Position numbers and translations under genes: made by a program. DNA of 64,000 bases from Camelus ferus (Eukaryota): assembly GCF_009834535.1 (NCBI RefSeq), contig NC_045697.1:77998001-78062000 (forward strand), given 5' to 3'. The notes under the pieces were generated by a model. It was not told the DNA's origin. It made no database searches and saw nothing but the letters and a program-made list of their open reading frames with translations. Shown one piece after another: positions 49,264 to 61,590 of the stretch; position 1 is the stretch's first letter, and every line of letters starts with the position of its first letter.

Positions 49264-52200
49264 CTACAGGTTACTCTTTAAGGTAAGTTAAAAGTTGCTG
49301 TCTGTGCTCCCCTCCAGCCTGCAGCCGGTTGGCTTTAGCTTCAGGGCCAGTGCTGGCCTTGGGACGGTGCACACCCTGGTCTACCTACTGGAGAGCCTTC
49401 CTGTGAGCATTTCTTCGGTTCAGCTGCCTTGATCCCTGGGAGAATTTCATGAGCTAAAAATCCGTCAGTGTTTCCATTTACCAAGTTGCTATTTGATCGC
49501 TCGATAATCTAACCATCCCAAATTGCCCTCAGCTGAAACGTAGCACATGTCTTGACAACCCCAGATGCAATTTTTTTTAATTGAAAATGGTTGGTGATTT
49601 TTGATTTACGTGTAAAAACAACAATGTGCAAGTCCCATGATTCAGCTCTTTGGCACGATTCTCAGATGATTTACTGTCAGTTATGACCATGTGATACCAC
49701 TGCTTTCTACAAGGCCAGTAAATGTCACAGGTTGAAGGTGGTTAGGGTCTGGGAGAAATCTTCCAAATGCAGTATGGTTTATATTTCTGTTCAGCATTTC
49801 ATAGGCGGATCTGAGACTCAAGTGGTATAGGATTATGTGATGGGAAAATGAGGACTAGTTTGTTGTCAAAATAGGGAAGAATTAAATGATTTAAGAATGT
49901 GAAGTGGAGATGGCAAAATAGGAACTCGCATTTCTCGGCATTACTGGCTGAACATTTGTTTAAGGACAGGCCTGGACCTATACAGAAGTGTGAAGCAGAA
50001 GTCTGTTCTCAGTTCCGCTCTCCTTTCCCATTCCAACACTTTTTTTGTGTGTCTCTCCCCACTCTTTCCCGCCCTCCCTTGTTACTATGTCCCCAGTGAT
50101 GTCACGTCCAAGTCACTGGCATTAAGGACTTTCTTATTTTAAATTTGTATGAAGAGAAAGATTTCAAGAATACTTTCGGTATGTTACAGCATATATGCAC
50201 TAGTTTTTAGCACTAAGGATAAGACAAGTTCTGTTTAAGGTTATCACTTTTTGAAAATAAAACTATTATTTTGTCTAGCTTCCAACTCCAACAATAAGAG
50301 AAAAAGATAGTTATGAAACGTATACGAGTTTATGAAATGAACAGAGTAGTTGAATTTTGCCCTGAAAAACAGTATCGGTAGCTACATTTAAAATGCAACC
50401 GTGCACAGCATTCATAAGCATAGAAATCAACAATTAAATAAATTCTTTAAAGTATTTTAAGCACTGTTGTAAACATTAGGTCCCTTACAATGGAAATGTA
50501 ACAGGGATAGACTAAAAAGATATTTTTCTTACTTTTTAAGTAACTCGGGACAGTTTTTAGAGAGTTTGGGGTAGTGGCATGAATATTTTGAGTCAAAAAA
50601 TATTAATATGAATTCTGACTTCTCTGTCTTTTCTTGCTTGCCTTTGGAGTGTGAACTATCTAAATGAGATGCTCAAAAGCAGAGAAAAATAAGAAAATTG
50701 CTGTGATTCTCCACCAACAAAACCACCTCCCCCAAATAATTGAAATTGCTGCTCTAGGCAGGAAATATAAATGTCTGAGCAACCACGTTCTTGGTAAGAC
50801 TGAAAGCTTTCTAATGGGATTTTTCCCCTTAAATTCTGCAAACATTTCTGGAAGATCAGTTAAAAATTAATTATCACTCATTTAAAAGTTTGCACTGATT
50901 CAATTAATTGGTAGCTAGATGCCCACTTGCTGTGTTGTTCCAAAACAAATACTTATAAAATGTCAATTAGTACATCTCTATATTTTATACTCAGTTTGTC
51001 CCCTCCTTAGTAAATAAAGCATAATTAGGATTCCATCGAAGTGGTAAATGGAGAAGATTATCTGTAGTCAATCTTGTGTACCTATGTCTGCCAGTTATTT
51101 TAAACTTGTTCCTGTTGCATCCTGCCTTTGAGAGACTGTTTTCTTCAGATTTTATTTCATGTCTGCCTTGGTCAGTGTTTTCTGAGACAATACGTTCTTG
51201 AGTTGCCTGGAGGCCCCCCAGTTAAATGCCACTTTGTAATGAGACTTTCTTTGGTCACTGGACTTGTCTCTGAAGTTGTTAAAGCCTGCAGGTGGCTGGG
51301 TGAGGCAACTATATTAAACTACAGCAAATTGAATTTAGGTGCTAAAGCTATGTTTGAAATTTATGGGAGTGCTTTTCTGTGAGTTATTTATTTTTCAAGG
51401 ATGGTGGGTCATCCCTCCCAGGAATGCCTGGCTGGCCACTTTTGATAAGTCAGAACTACTCTAGACTGACCCTCCCCGCCCCAAAGCGGAGTCTGGCTTC
51501 TCTGCACACAGTGAAAGGTGAACACTGTACTTAATTTGAAATCTCATCTTTCAGTCAACCCAAGATGTTGCTATGTTTCTGAGCAATTCATTGGGTGTGT
51601 ACTTAGATAATAAAAACTTATTTTAATACTATATAAGTAAAAGACAATTATGCTTATTTCACAAAATTTATATAATCTTGTGTAGAGGATGTTTAATGTA
51701 CCTGTTGCAACATTTCTCCACTGATGCTGATAATAGATGGTTGATTTTATAAGGAGTTTAAATGAACTTAATTTTCACACATTTGATGTATAGGGATTTT
51801 TTTGGGAGGGAGCGGTGAATTCTATTAACATCTTGATCGCCCACTGTGGATCAGGTGTGTTTCCTGCAGGGCTCGAATTCACACTACACCCCAGTGTTAT
51901 GCACTAACAATATATGTGCTTTTAAGTAATCTGTTTGTTTTTTCCAATGTAATTGGAATTATTAAAAAAATTTATATTCTTCTTCTCAATTTTCAAGCTC
52001 TCTACAGTTTTATTTCTTCTTGGGATGTCATTATTCTGCACAGAATAAATTTGGAATAAATTCTGCATAATTGGATGAAGGAAAACGCCACCCATATCTG
52101 GGTGATGGGGCTCCTGAGGAAGTACAACTGTCACCCAGGTGTGGGTGACATGGTGATCAACGTGTTAGGGAAATTTATCATCACTAACTAAGAGGAATTA

Positions 52201-52878
52201 CAAGGGTTTTGGGATGAGTTCTACAGCTCAATCTAAGTCATGGTATGATGCAGAGAGAACCTGAAAACTCTGTAACCTCCAAGTCTAGCGGGTGTGCAAG
52301 CCCCAGGCCCAGTGGACCAGGAGGCAAGCTCCAGCTTCACTCTGCAGCAGAGGGATGTTATTCGGAGCTGTGCTCTCAAGGGGACACCATAACTACCATG
52401 CACAATTAGGGCACACAAGTGGTTACGGCGCCCTTGAGAGGTGTGATCTTTGAGCTGTGAGCCTGGGACTAGACTTGGGTGTTGATTGCTCCTGGACCAC
52501 TGGAGGGATGACTCCACTGGCAGTTGGAATGCCTCTCAATGGTGGCCAAAAATAATTTCAGCACCAGGGGCAGGTTTATTTTGGCTAGATGCCACAATCG
52601 GATGGTCTGCAGAAATGTCTACAGCTGTTCATCAAAGGTGCAGTAAGGAGGAAGAATGCCCTGCCTTTCCAGTGCCTTTTCTCTTCACAATTGCAAGAGT
52701 GAGAAGAACTGACCTTGTTGTGCTAGTGGCACACTTAAATGTTCCAAGTGTGAGGACTACTGTAGGGACAAGAAGGTATACTACCTGACCTTGCCTCCTA
52801 GACCTGAGCCGACTCCAAGGTGGACCTAGCTAAGCGGAAATGTGACATTGTTAAGACCTCTTCAAAGAGAATCTTGCA

Positions 52879-52967
52879 GGATGGGAATAGCTCACTGGTA
52901 GACCATGTGCTTAGCAAACATGTGGTCCTCTGTTCAATCCCCAGTATCTCCATTAAAAAAAAAAAAA
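52879..52967 (+). mobile_element. Camelid tRNA-derived SINE (vic-1 type), short and diverged
   Basis: gggaatagctcactggtagaccatgtgcttagcaaacatgtggtcctctgttcaatccccagtatctccatt followed by an A run. Confidence 0.85.
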
Positions 52968-53481
52968 GATATAAAATGGAACTTTATACTTGACAAAAAG
53001 TATTTCTTTTCAGGATGCCAAGAAAGATGTCAGTCCAGATTTTCTTGGGGTCTATGAAACTCCCTGCCTTTTTGACATTTTTGGAAGATGGATAAATTTC
53101 TTTATACCCCTCAATTATTCTTTAGTTTGTAATAGACACCATCCCCAACACCTCTGCTGTCTTTCAGGCAGCATTAGATCTTGGTTCTTTATTTATTTAT
53201 TTATTTTTTTGTGCTGTAGGGCAGAAATGCACCCACAAAAGGAATATATTAGGTAGGGAAAGAAGCTAGGTCTTTCATTAAGTGATGTGTCTCTCTTGAT
53301 GTTATCTTCTTTCATCTAATAACCAGATTTGGCAGTAGGCTAGAGTGGGTTAAAGTGCAGGTTTCTGTTGCTGCTTCCAAGTCTCTTCCAAATGGACTAG
53401 AGGAACTACTTCAAAGCTCTAGATCTTGTCAGATTTCTGTCAAGGCTGTAGGAGCAGTTTATAGTTAAAAAAAAAACCCAA

Positions 53482-54560
53482 CAACTTTATTTTAGGATAG
53501 TTTTAGATTTACAGGGAAATTGCAAAGACAGTACAGAAAATTCTTACACGTCCTACACCCTGTTTTACCTGTTATTAACATCTTACAGTGTATTTGTTTT
53601 AATTCATGAACCAATATTAACACAGAAGCATTAGCTAAATTCTCTACTATATTCCAATTTTCTAAGTTTTTACCTAATTGTCTTTTTCTCCACCATCCCA
53701 TCCAGGATACTACATTACATTTAGTCATCATGTTTTCTTAGACTCCTCTTGGCTGTGACAGTTTTTAAGGCTTTTCTTGTTTCTGATGACCTCGACAATT
53801 TTGAGGAATACTGGAATACTGGTCAGACATTTTGTAGAATGTTCCTCAACAGGGATTTGTCTGATGTTTTTCTTACGACTAGGCTGAGACTACGCGTTTT
53901 GGGGATGATGACTCCAGAGGAAGGGTATCACTTTCATGGCATAATATCAAGGGTACATACCGTCCACATGACTTGTCAGTGTTGCTATTAACCTTGATCA
54001 CTTGCTTGAGGTAGATTTGGTCAGGCTGGTCCACTGTAAAGTGACTGATTTTTTTCTCTTTTCCATACTATCCTGTTTGGGAGGAAGTCACTAAACACAG
54101 CTTATCTAAAGGAGATTATTATTACAAACTAAGAAACTGCAGGTGTTTAGGCCCGAGTTATATAGCTTTCTCCATGTCCTGGGATGACGCAGGAGTGGGG
54201 AGCTAGGCTCCACCTCCTTGAGGGTGGAGCATCTACATAAATTATTTGGAATTCTTCTGCTGGAAGATTTATTTATTCTCCCCCTTTATTTACTTACTTA
54301 CTTACGTCAGTATACACTTACAGATATTTATTTTCAACTCTGGGTTATAACCCAATACTACTTTGTTTCTTAAAATGTTCTACCTTTGGCCATTGGGAAC
54401 TCATTCAGGTGGTCCCTATGTCCCTTTGACATGCTCCATCTCTGTTTTCCTGTTTATATTTGAGCACTTCATTACTTTCTGGCACTATAAGATGCTCCAG
54501 GCTCCTTTCGTATACTTTCTGTTCCAGTCCTAGAATCAGCCATTTCTCTAAGGAGCCCAG
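53482..54560 (-). mobile_element. L1 3' UTR (L1MC/L1MD-like)
   Basis: agttttagatttacagggaaattgcaaagacagtacaga...tccaggatactacattacatttagt...ctacataaattatttggaattcttctg...agaatcagccatttctctaaggagccc. Confidence 0.88.
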
Positions 54561-54664
54561 ATCAGACCAGTTTTTAAAGAACTGCATTTTTTGCATTCTC
54601 TCTAAGTCTTCCCTGTGTTTGGTGTATGCAACAGATGCTTTTTGCTTGGTTGACATTGAAACAG

Positions 54665-54900
54665 ATTTTTTTTTTAATTACAGAGATGTTCAAACATATA
54701 TAAATGCTAATGGGCAAAGGGCAATGAAGCCCCATTTAGCCCTCATCCAGCTTGGACATGATCACCTTACGGCCAATATTATTTTATTTCTACTCTGCTC
54801 CACTTCTCCTTACATCCCAACCTTGTATTATTTCATCTATTAATATTTCAGCAATATCTCTAAATAATAATAATTCTTAAAACATGACATATATAAAAGA
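54665..54900 (-). mobile_element. Old L1 3' end (L1MC5-like)
   Basis: ttcaaacatatata...ccctcatccagctt...ggccaatattattttatttcta...tatttcatctattaatatttcag. Confidence 0.6.
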
Positions 54901-54914
54901 AACTTAATGACTAT

Positions 54915-55422
54915 TTGGGTGGTAAAAGATTAAAAGTGATTTGATGCTCCTCTGCCACGCGGTCAGGTGTGGGTCCCCTCCCATCGAATCTGGGCGGGCT
55001 TTGTGGCTTTACTACAGCAGAGGAGATGCTGTAGCAGCTTCAGGGTCCAGGCCTTAAGACCGTCTACTTCCTTTCTCTTGGAGCAATTTTTCTGGTAGTC
55101 TTGAATTTCATATAACAAATTTAACTACCTTGAGACAGCTGTGATGGAGAGGCATGTGCAAGTGCTCCAGTCAACGGTCCCAGCTGAGCCCGGCCTTCTA
55201 GGCTTTTCTGCCAAGGCACCAGATGTGTGAGTGAAGCCATCCTGGACCATCTGGAACAGCCCACCTGACGCCTCCATTGACAACATGTTGAGCAGACAGA
55301 TCGTCCAGGCTTCCCCTGCTGGATTTCCTAACTCAAAAGATTATGAGGTATATTCATATGGTTATTGTTTAATCCACTAAGTTTTGAGGTGCTTTGTTGG
55401 GCAGCAATAGATAACTGAAATA
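54915..55422 (+). mobile_element. MaLR solo LTR (MLT1G/H-like)
   Basis: gaatctgggcgggctttgtg...cccagctgagcccggccttc...ccaaggcaccagatgtgtgagtgaagccatc...gcagcaatagataactgaaata. Confidence 0.88.
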
Positions 55423-55769
55423 GTAGCCTTTTAAAATTTGCATTCCCAGTGTTTTACTTTGAGCATAAATCTCTTGGGAGTGTGACTTACCTGTCCCTTA
55501 GAAGGTCTTTTTGAAATTGTGTGGATTCATTTGCCACGTAAACAGTTTTGAGTATTTCTTACCTTTGCTTTTAATGTAATTTATTTAATTACATATTTAT
55601 ATAGCTTAAAATTTTAATAACTGTCACAAGATTTCTCAAAATGTAACAGTTGGCTTTCTTCCCTTTGGAGTAATGGCTTCGGTACGTTACTGATCGACAG
55701 TCTCTTCTTGATCAGTTTGTGCTGATTTTATCTCCATCCTCAGCTCTGGCAAAACACTTAAGTTACCTG

Positions 55770-55965
55770 ACTTTGGAGTTAGAGTTGAGTTAAAACTTTG
55801 GCTTTGTGCCTTAGTGGTGTGACCCTGTGTAAATTACTTAATGTTGAGTCCTGTTGCCTTGTATGCAAAATGAGGATAACCGTCTGTACCCTAAAGGGCT
55901 GTTGTGGAGGACTGAATGCAGGGAAACACGAACAGAACTCTGTGCATTGTCAGCTCTAGGATTAT
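55770..55965 (+). mobile_element. MIR SINE
   Basis: tgtgaccctgtgtaaattacttaa...tgcaaaatgaggataac...gggctgttgtggaggactgaatg. Confidence 0.75.
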
Positions 55966-57981
55966 TACAATTATTTGGTTTTCTCGTAAAATATATGAAC
56001 TCATTTTGGCAGTAGTGCTTTTAAAATTCACAGCAATGAAAAGACAGCCAGCCTTTCTTAGGTGGTGAGATTAGGGAGATTTTTCTGTCTTTGGTTCTTG
56101 TTTTGGCTGCGCTGGGGACTCAGGCTTTAATCTTTGCAGGGAGGTGTGGAGGGTGTGGAGAGAGGCGATGGGAAGGCTTGCGAGTGCCTGAAAAAGGACG
56201 TTAGCAGAAAGGAGCACTGACTTTCAGCACACTGAGGATGCTTGATGTGCCCATCCTCCTGGTGAGGTGTTTGGGAGAGAATTATATGGTCTGCCTTTTG
56301 CAGACTGGCAAACTGAAGATAAAAGAGCTTACAACTTGCCCCAGGATCATCGTAGCAGGAACGGAAAAAGAATGGCAGAAATATTCAGCACGGCTTTTTG
56401 TTAATGGATTCACTCCAGTACTCAGGCCATGCAAGTTCTTTAATTTCCCCCAAACCATAGCCTTAAATGAGGCCTATTTCAGGCAGAGACACTAATCCAG
56501 CCCTGAGGTGGAATAATTCCTCCTCAGCGCCCTCCTTTGATGTGTAGCTGATATGGAACTGAGTGCCAACATATGTTTGTACAAATATATTGGCAAATGT
56601 AAGCAGCCTACTGCTAATTACTACACTCTGAACCTCATGTGAAGTTTGAGTGATGCCTCAAGGAACTGGAATCTAAGAAAATCATATACATGTATATTTT
56701 TTTCAGATGTTAGCAAAAATGGGTTAACTTCTTTGTGGTTGAAACTGGAAGACACGAATTATCTTGTCTTCTCAAATTTTGGGCAATAACGTTCTTACTT
56801 ACGGAATTCAGGTCAAACAGTTGTCTAGCAGAGATTGAAGCATTGTAGACACTTCTAATATGAAAACAGGCAGCTTAAATGTAAAAAGCTAAGATTGCTT
56901 AAAATTTGGAAAATGAAAATAAGAACAATACAATTTAAACTGACTCTATATGAAACACAGGAGATTGACTGAAACCACAGGCCACCAATTAAAAATCATT
57001 TATCGGCAGAGAACAGAGTTACTGGGTTGAAAACAAAGAGTAGGGAGCACTGTGGGAACTTCAGAGTGGCCTGTCCTGCGCATTCAAATTCAAATCATTT
57101 CTGAGTACCGGGCTGGCTTAGCAGAGTTGAGAAGGCCAGAGAGCAGGCCTTTGTCCTCCACGGGTGACCCTTTGATTTAATGATAGTTAAAAAAACAGTG
57201 TTTTCATCATTTCACTACATATTTCAAACTAAAACATTTTAAAATTTGAATTAATACAATTTTACATTAATTTTTGCTCATTTTAATGGGTGATTTAATT
57301 GGCCATCAAATAGTATTTCTACTTTTGAAAGTGGGTATGTAGAATTATTCTATTGATCAATTTCTGAAAGTCTTAGATTTCAAGTATAGAAATAGTGTAG
57401 AAAGATTTCTTTTTTACAAAAATGAAATGTTTGCATTTTGTGGGGTTATGGAAAAAACTGTCAGAAACTGAAACAGATACTGAAAGGGAGAAAGAGTGTC
57501 TGCAGAGGTGGCTTACAGTCTGTTTCTGGGATGGACTGATTTTTGCTGGTCAGTTGTCAAGATGGGGAAGATTAGAATGTTTGATCATTGTGCTTCAGTG
57601 GAAGCAAATTGCAAGGATACAATTTGATATCCTTAAATCTAGATATTTGGATCAAAATTTTTAAATTTGGTTTAGTTGCAATGAAGATGTCTAAATTGAA
57701 AATACAGAAAACAAAAGCAATTCTATTTTTTTAAAATGTAAACAAGCTAGTGGAATAACTTTCACTAATTCATCAGCTAAATTGCCGGCTAAGTAATTGA
57801 ATAAAAATTGTGGTTTAGGTTTTTAGGAAGTGTGTATCAGTGAAAAGAAATGATGGATTTGTATTTTAGTGTTTGGATTTACGTGGTTGTTTCTAAATTT
57901 CCCAAGTGTACTTAAATGTAGATTTTCCCTCTTAATTTTTTGAATTTGTAATCACTTCACTAAATTTCTCTTTCTCTGTAG

Positions 57982-58025
57982 GCAAAGATAGTTGAATACA
58001 TCAATTGTGCATGTCAATGTACTTG
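57982..58025 (+). other. Candidate 44-nt internal exon of an unidentified + strand transcript (possibly 5' UTR)
   Basis: AG-free zone of about 58 nt, branch-like cactaaa, strong tract tttctctttctctgtag|G, and donor TTG|gtaagt. About 1.5 kb upstream has no repeat I recognise. Confidence 0.6.
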
Positions 58026-58049
58026 GTAAGTTGTACACCTATAAGATAC

Positions 58050-58470
58050 TGTGAATGATGTCACCACTGCCTTTAAAATCTTTAAATATCCCCTTCTTTG
58101 ACTCCCACCACTTATTTTCCCAGCTCAATTGCTCTAGTACACCCATTGTAACAATTCTTCAATGTCATGGAGACCTCCAGCCCATCGACCCTACATGCCC
58201 TATCCATCAGTTCCCCCGTCTTCATTTCCTTTCTTGTCCAGCATAATGTCATGGTCCATCATAATTATCACTCCCTTGCTAATGCCCTAAACTCCCTTGC
58301 TCCTCTTTTCCTTCTTCACGTTTGACTGGCTAAGACTCAACCCTGATTGAACCCAACCATTCCCTTGAAACTGGGGGAAAAAAATTCACAGTAAAGCTGA
58401 CTTATTCAGTTTTAAACTCTTGATCATCAACTTCAAATGGGCTCGAACACAGTCCAGAAATTCTTTGATT
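58050..58470 (+). mobile_element. L2 LINE internal fragment
   Basis: catggtccatcataattatcactcccttgctaatgccctaaactcccttgctcctct...ctcaaccctgattgaacccaacc...aacttcaaatgggc. Confidence 0.75.
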
Positions 58471-58482
58471 TTTTTCCTCTTA

Positions 58483-59510
58483 CTGTTGGGTCCAAATATT
58501 AAACACCATTGCTCTGATTTGAGAAAAAAAAGTGAATATTTATTTTCTGTAACCGATGTCATCTCCCCCTCCCAGGTCTCAGTAGCAGAAGCAAAAACTG
58601 GGGAGATGAGATATTGGGTAGGGGAACCTTGGATATAAAGTTTAATGAATGGAATCTCAATTTCAGATTTCATTGCTTTGGACAACATTTAGGTGCTTTG
58701 TCTTTCAAATCTCTTCGTTCTTTCTAGCTCCTTTTCATGATGGGTTCTAGATAGATGAAGCAGAGTACCTGATTTTATGATAGAGGGCAAGAAGACCTCA
58801 GACTCACTGAAACTCTAGATCCCTGTTGTCTTTGCTGGGTTGGAGAGGTGTCTTATCTGTATTGATCCTTGGCCCTTTGCACTGGAACCCACTGAGGTGT
58901 GTCTGATCTCTTGTGGCATTTTGGAGATATTCTGTGTGCATCTGTTTGTGAAATCTATAGTCTTAGCCAATGATGTGGTTGCCCAGATCTCACGCTTTGT
59001 AGTCTCTTTTTTAATGGTGCTGGGTCTTCTGGTCAACCAGCCCTCTCAGTATCTTTATATCTGCATATATTCCACATGAGCTTTAAGAAACCAGTAGTAA
59101 TATGTGTGCAATTTATTCCAGGTGAATTGGACATGGTGCTGAGACAAATGAGGGACTTGTGCCTGAGGTTTGTGTCTCCAAGCTCTGCCTGGAGGAGCAG
59201 CCTGCTGTCTCTAATGTTCTCCAGTGCCTCTCTACCCATCAGAATGTTCCTATAGCCGCCACTACTGGGTTCCCATGAGGAGTGGGAGGAAAGACAAAGT
59301 CCTTGCTCTACCTTTTCCCTTTCTCATTTCCACATTCTTCTAGGGCTGGATCAGCTGGGCTTCTCTTCTTCTCCTCATGTGGCAGGGACTTTTCCTGTGC
59401 CCTATCTTGAGTTTCTCTACTGATAATAAACTCGATGATCAAATCAGCCAGACTGGCTTTTGATGCATTATTGAGAGTTTAAGGAATTAAAAAATTTTTT
59501 TTTTCTCTTG
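58483..59510 (+). mobile_element. Probable ancient LTR (LTR78-like) interrupting L2
   Basis: About 1 kb of non-L2 sequence between two apparently collinear L2 parts. It starts tgttggg and has AATAAA near its 3' end (aataaactcgatgatcaaatcagccagactggc). The family assignment is from memory only. Confidence 0.35.
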
Positions 59511-59739
59511 ATAAAGTCTGTTTTTTCAAACTTATGGTATTATTAGGGATTCAACTGAACATTTGTTGCTTTCTTTCTATTCCTGTTATAATTGTCCTCA
59601 TCTCCACCCTCCTGTGCCCCTTGGCACTTACTCTCCCTTGTAGATGGATACCGCTGAGTAGAGAGATGGTCACGTCCATGGAAATTCAAGAGAAAGGCAC
59701 ATTAATACATATCAAAAATTGTAATCCTAGTTACACTAT

Positions 59740-61420
59740 TCAGTTTACTTTTCTACTCTACACGATGACTATTTTGTCTGTCTGCTTGTTCCTCAGAGGT
59801 CTCATTACCTCTCCCCCCTTCCCTACCCAGTTCTCAGCAGAAGACTCCATCTCATGTATCACTGAGAAAAATTACAGTCATCAGAGAACTCTCACTGCTA
59901 AATCTATAAATAACCTGAATCTCTTTCTTTCTTAGAGAAATATGGAAAGAAAGAGAGTTAATTCTTTCATCAAGGGACAATCCCTCCAATTTTGCTTGGG
60001 ATCTCATTCCTTCTGGTCTTTTAAAACACTTCAGTCCTTCCTTTATCTTTTACATTGTGAATATCTTTCTTTCTATTGCATTATTCTCATCAATATAAAA
60101 GATGCTATAATATTTTTCTTCTTAAAGAAAAAAAACCCCACTAACCCCTTACCTCCCTCAGCTCTCAATCTGTGGCCTTATTTCTCTGTCACTCTCTCTG
60201 GCCACGTTACTCAAAAAGTAATCCACCTGTGCTCTTACCCTTTCTCACCTTCTATTCAGCTTTTGAGCCACTCGAATCTGGCGTGCATCTCTACCATGTC
60301 AATGAAACTGATCAGGCCAAATTCAGTGTGCACATTTCTGTTCTCATCTCACTCAACTTCCTGGCAGCATTCAGCACCATTGATCAGTTTCTTCTTCTGG
60401 AAACATTTTTCTGTCTTAGCATCCATGGTGTCACACTCTTCTGGCTTCTTACTCTTTCTATTGATTCAACCTCTAAACGTTGGAGCTCCACAGGGCTTGA
60501 TCCAACCTTCATTTTTTCCCCATACTTTCTCCCAACAGTGATCTCCCCTAACTTCATGACTTCAAATATCATATATGCTAGAAGTTTTCACATTTGCATC
60601 TTCTCTCCAGACTTCTCTCTGAGGTACAGACTCAAATATTCAGACTATTTTCTTGAATATCTCTGTTTGGAGGAATCACAGGCATTGTAAGCTTGACATG
60701 GCTAACACAATTATGGATTTACAATCCCTTACCCTAAATAATCTTCTGTCTTCCACATATCAGTAATAATGCACACATACTCTAGACCCTTAATCCAGAA
60801 ATCTGGTTTTCTTTCTGAATCCTCTAGCTACTTCTTCTCAGTGTCTTGCGTGTTTTCTTTTCTTGGTGAGTCTTTAGTGATGTTTTGACTTAGCATCATT
60901 TCTCTCTTCATTTGCATGTTTCTCCCTAATCAGTTGGATCTACTCCTATGGCTTCATTGTCATGATACATTGATGACTTTCTATATTCCATCTCTAACCC
61001 AGGATTTGCTGCTGAAATTGAGACTCTTATATTTAAATACTTAGTTATCACTTTTATTATGATGTTCCACAGGAAATTTCAGATTATTCTATCCAGAATA
61101 GAATTTGCTACATTTCCCCATAATCTGTGTTTCTTTCTTGATCCCTTTCTCAGTGAATGATACTAGCACTGAATAGAGTCACAGCTAAAATCTTGGGTAC
61201 CATTCTTGATAAGGTGTCCCTGTATTATTCACATTCAATCCATCAGAAGGTTCTGTCTCCTCAACTTCTATAATATATCACAAATTCGTCAGCTCATCTT
61301 CCTGTCTTTTGAGATCACCCTGAAACAGATCTTTCTAATTTCTTGCTTCATTTTCATTTTCCATTTCATTCTTCAAGAAGCCAGAGTGATTTCTAAGAAA
61401 GCAAATAGAATCATGTTATT
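59740..61420 (+). mobile_element. L2 LINE reverse-transcriptase region (two consecutive fragments)
   Basis: ORF 60172..60690 retains L2/CR1 RT motifs: PLESGVHLYHVNET (QSGFR..HSTET), LISLNFLAAFSTIDQFLLLET (LLDLSAAFDTVDH.LLL) and IYARS (YADD). A second YADD-region copy lies at about 60960-61000. Confidence 0.85.
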
Positions 61421-61590
61421 CTCTCGTTTAAAGCCATTAATTTTTGTATTAACTTCATCAATCTGCAGTCGTTTTCTTTATTCATTTGTTTATCTGCCTG
61501 TGATGATAATTCCCCACCGAAATTTATGCTCCATGTGAACAAGGCCATATCTGCTATGTGTTGTTTTTCAATTATCAACATAAATGACTT

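Noticed and set aside
50650..50793. Possible 144-nt + exon ending TTG|gtaaga
   Set aside because: The acceptor would be a rare GAG and there is no other support. Isolated donor-like hexamers (also near 5161, 10866, 24655, 26460, 49282 and 60866) are expected by chance.
59942..60690. Overlapping 199-aa and 172-aa ORFs as host genes
   Set aside because: Explained by the L2 reverse-transcriptase remnant, with the catalytic motif destroyed.
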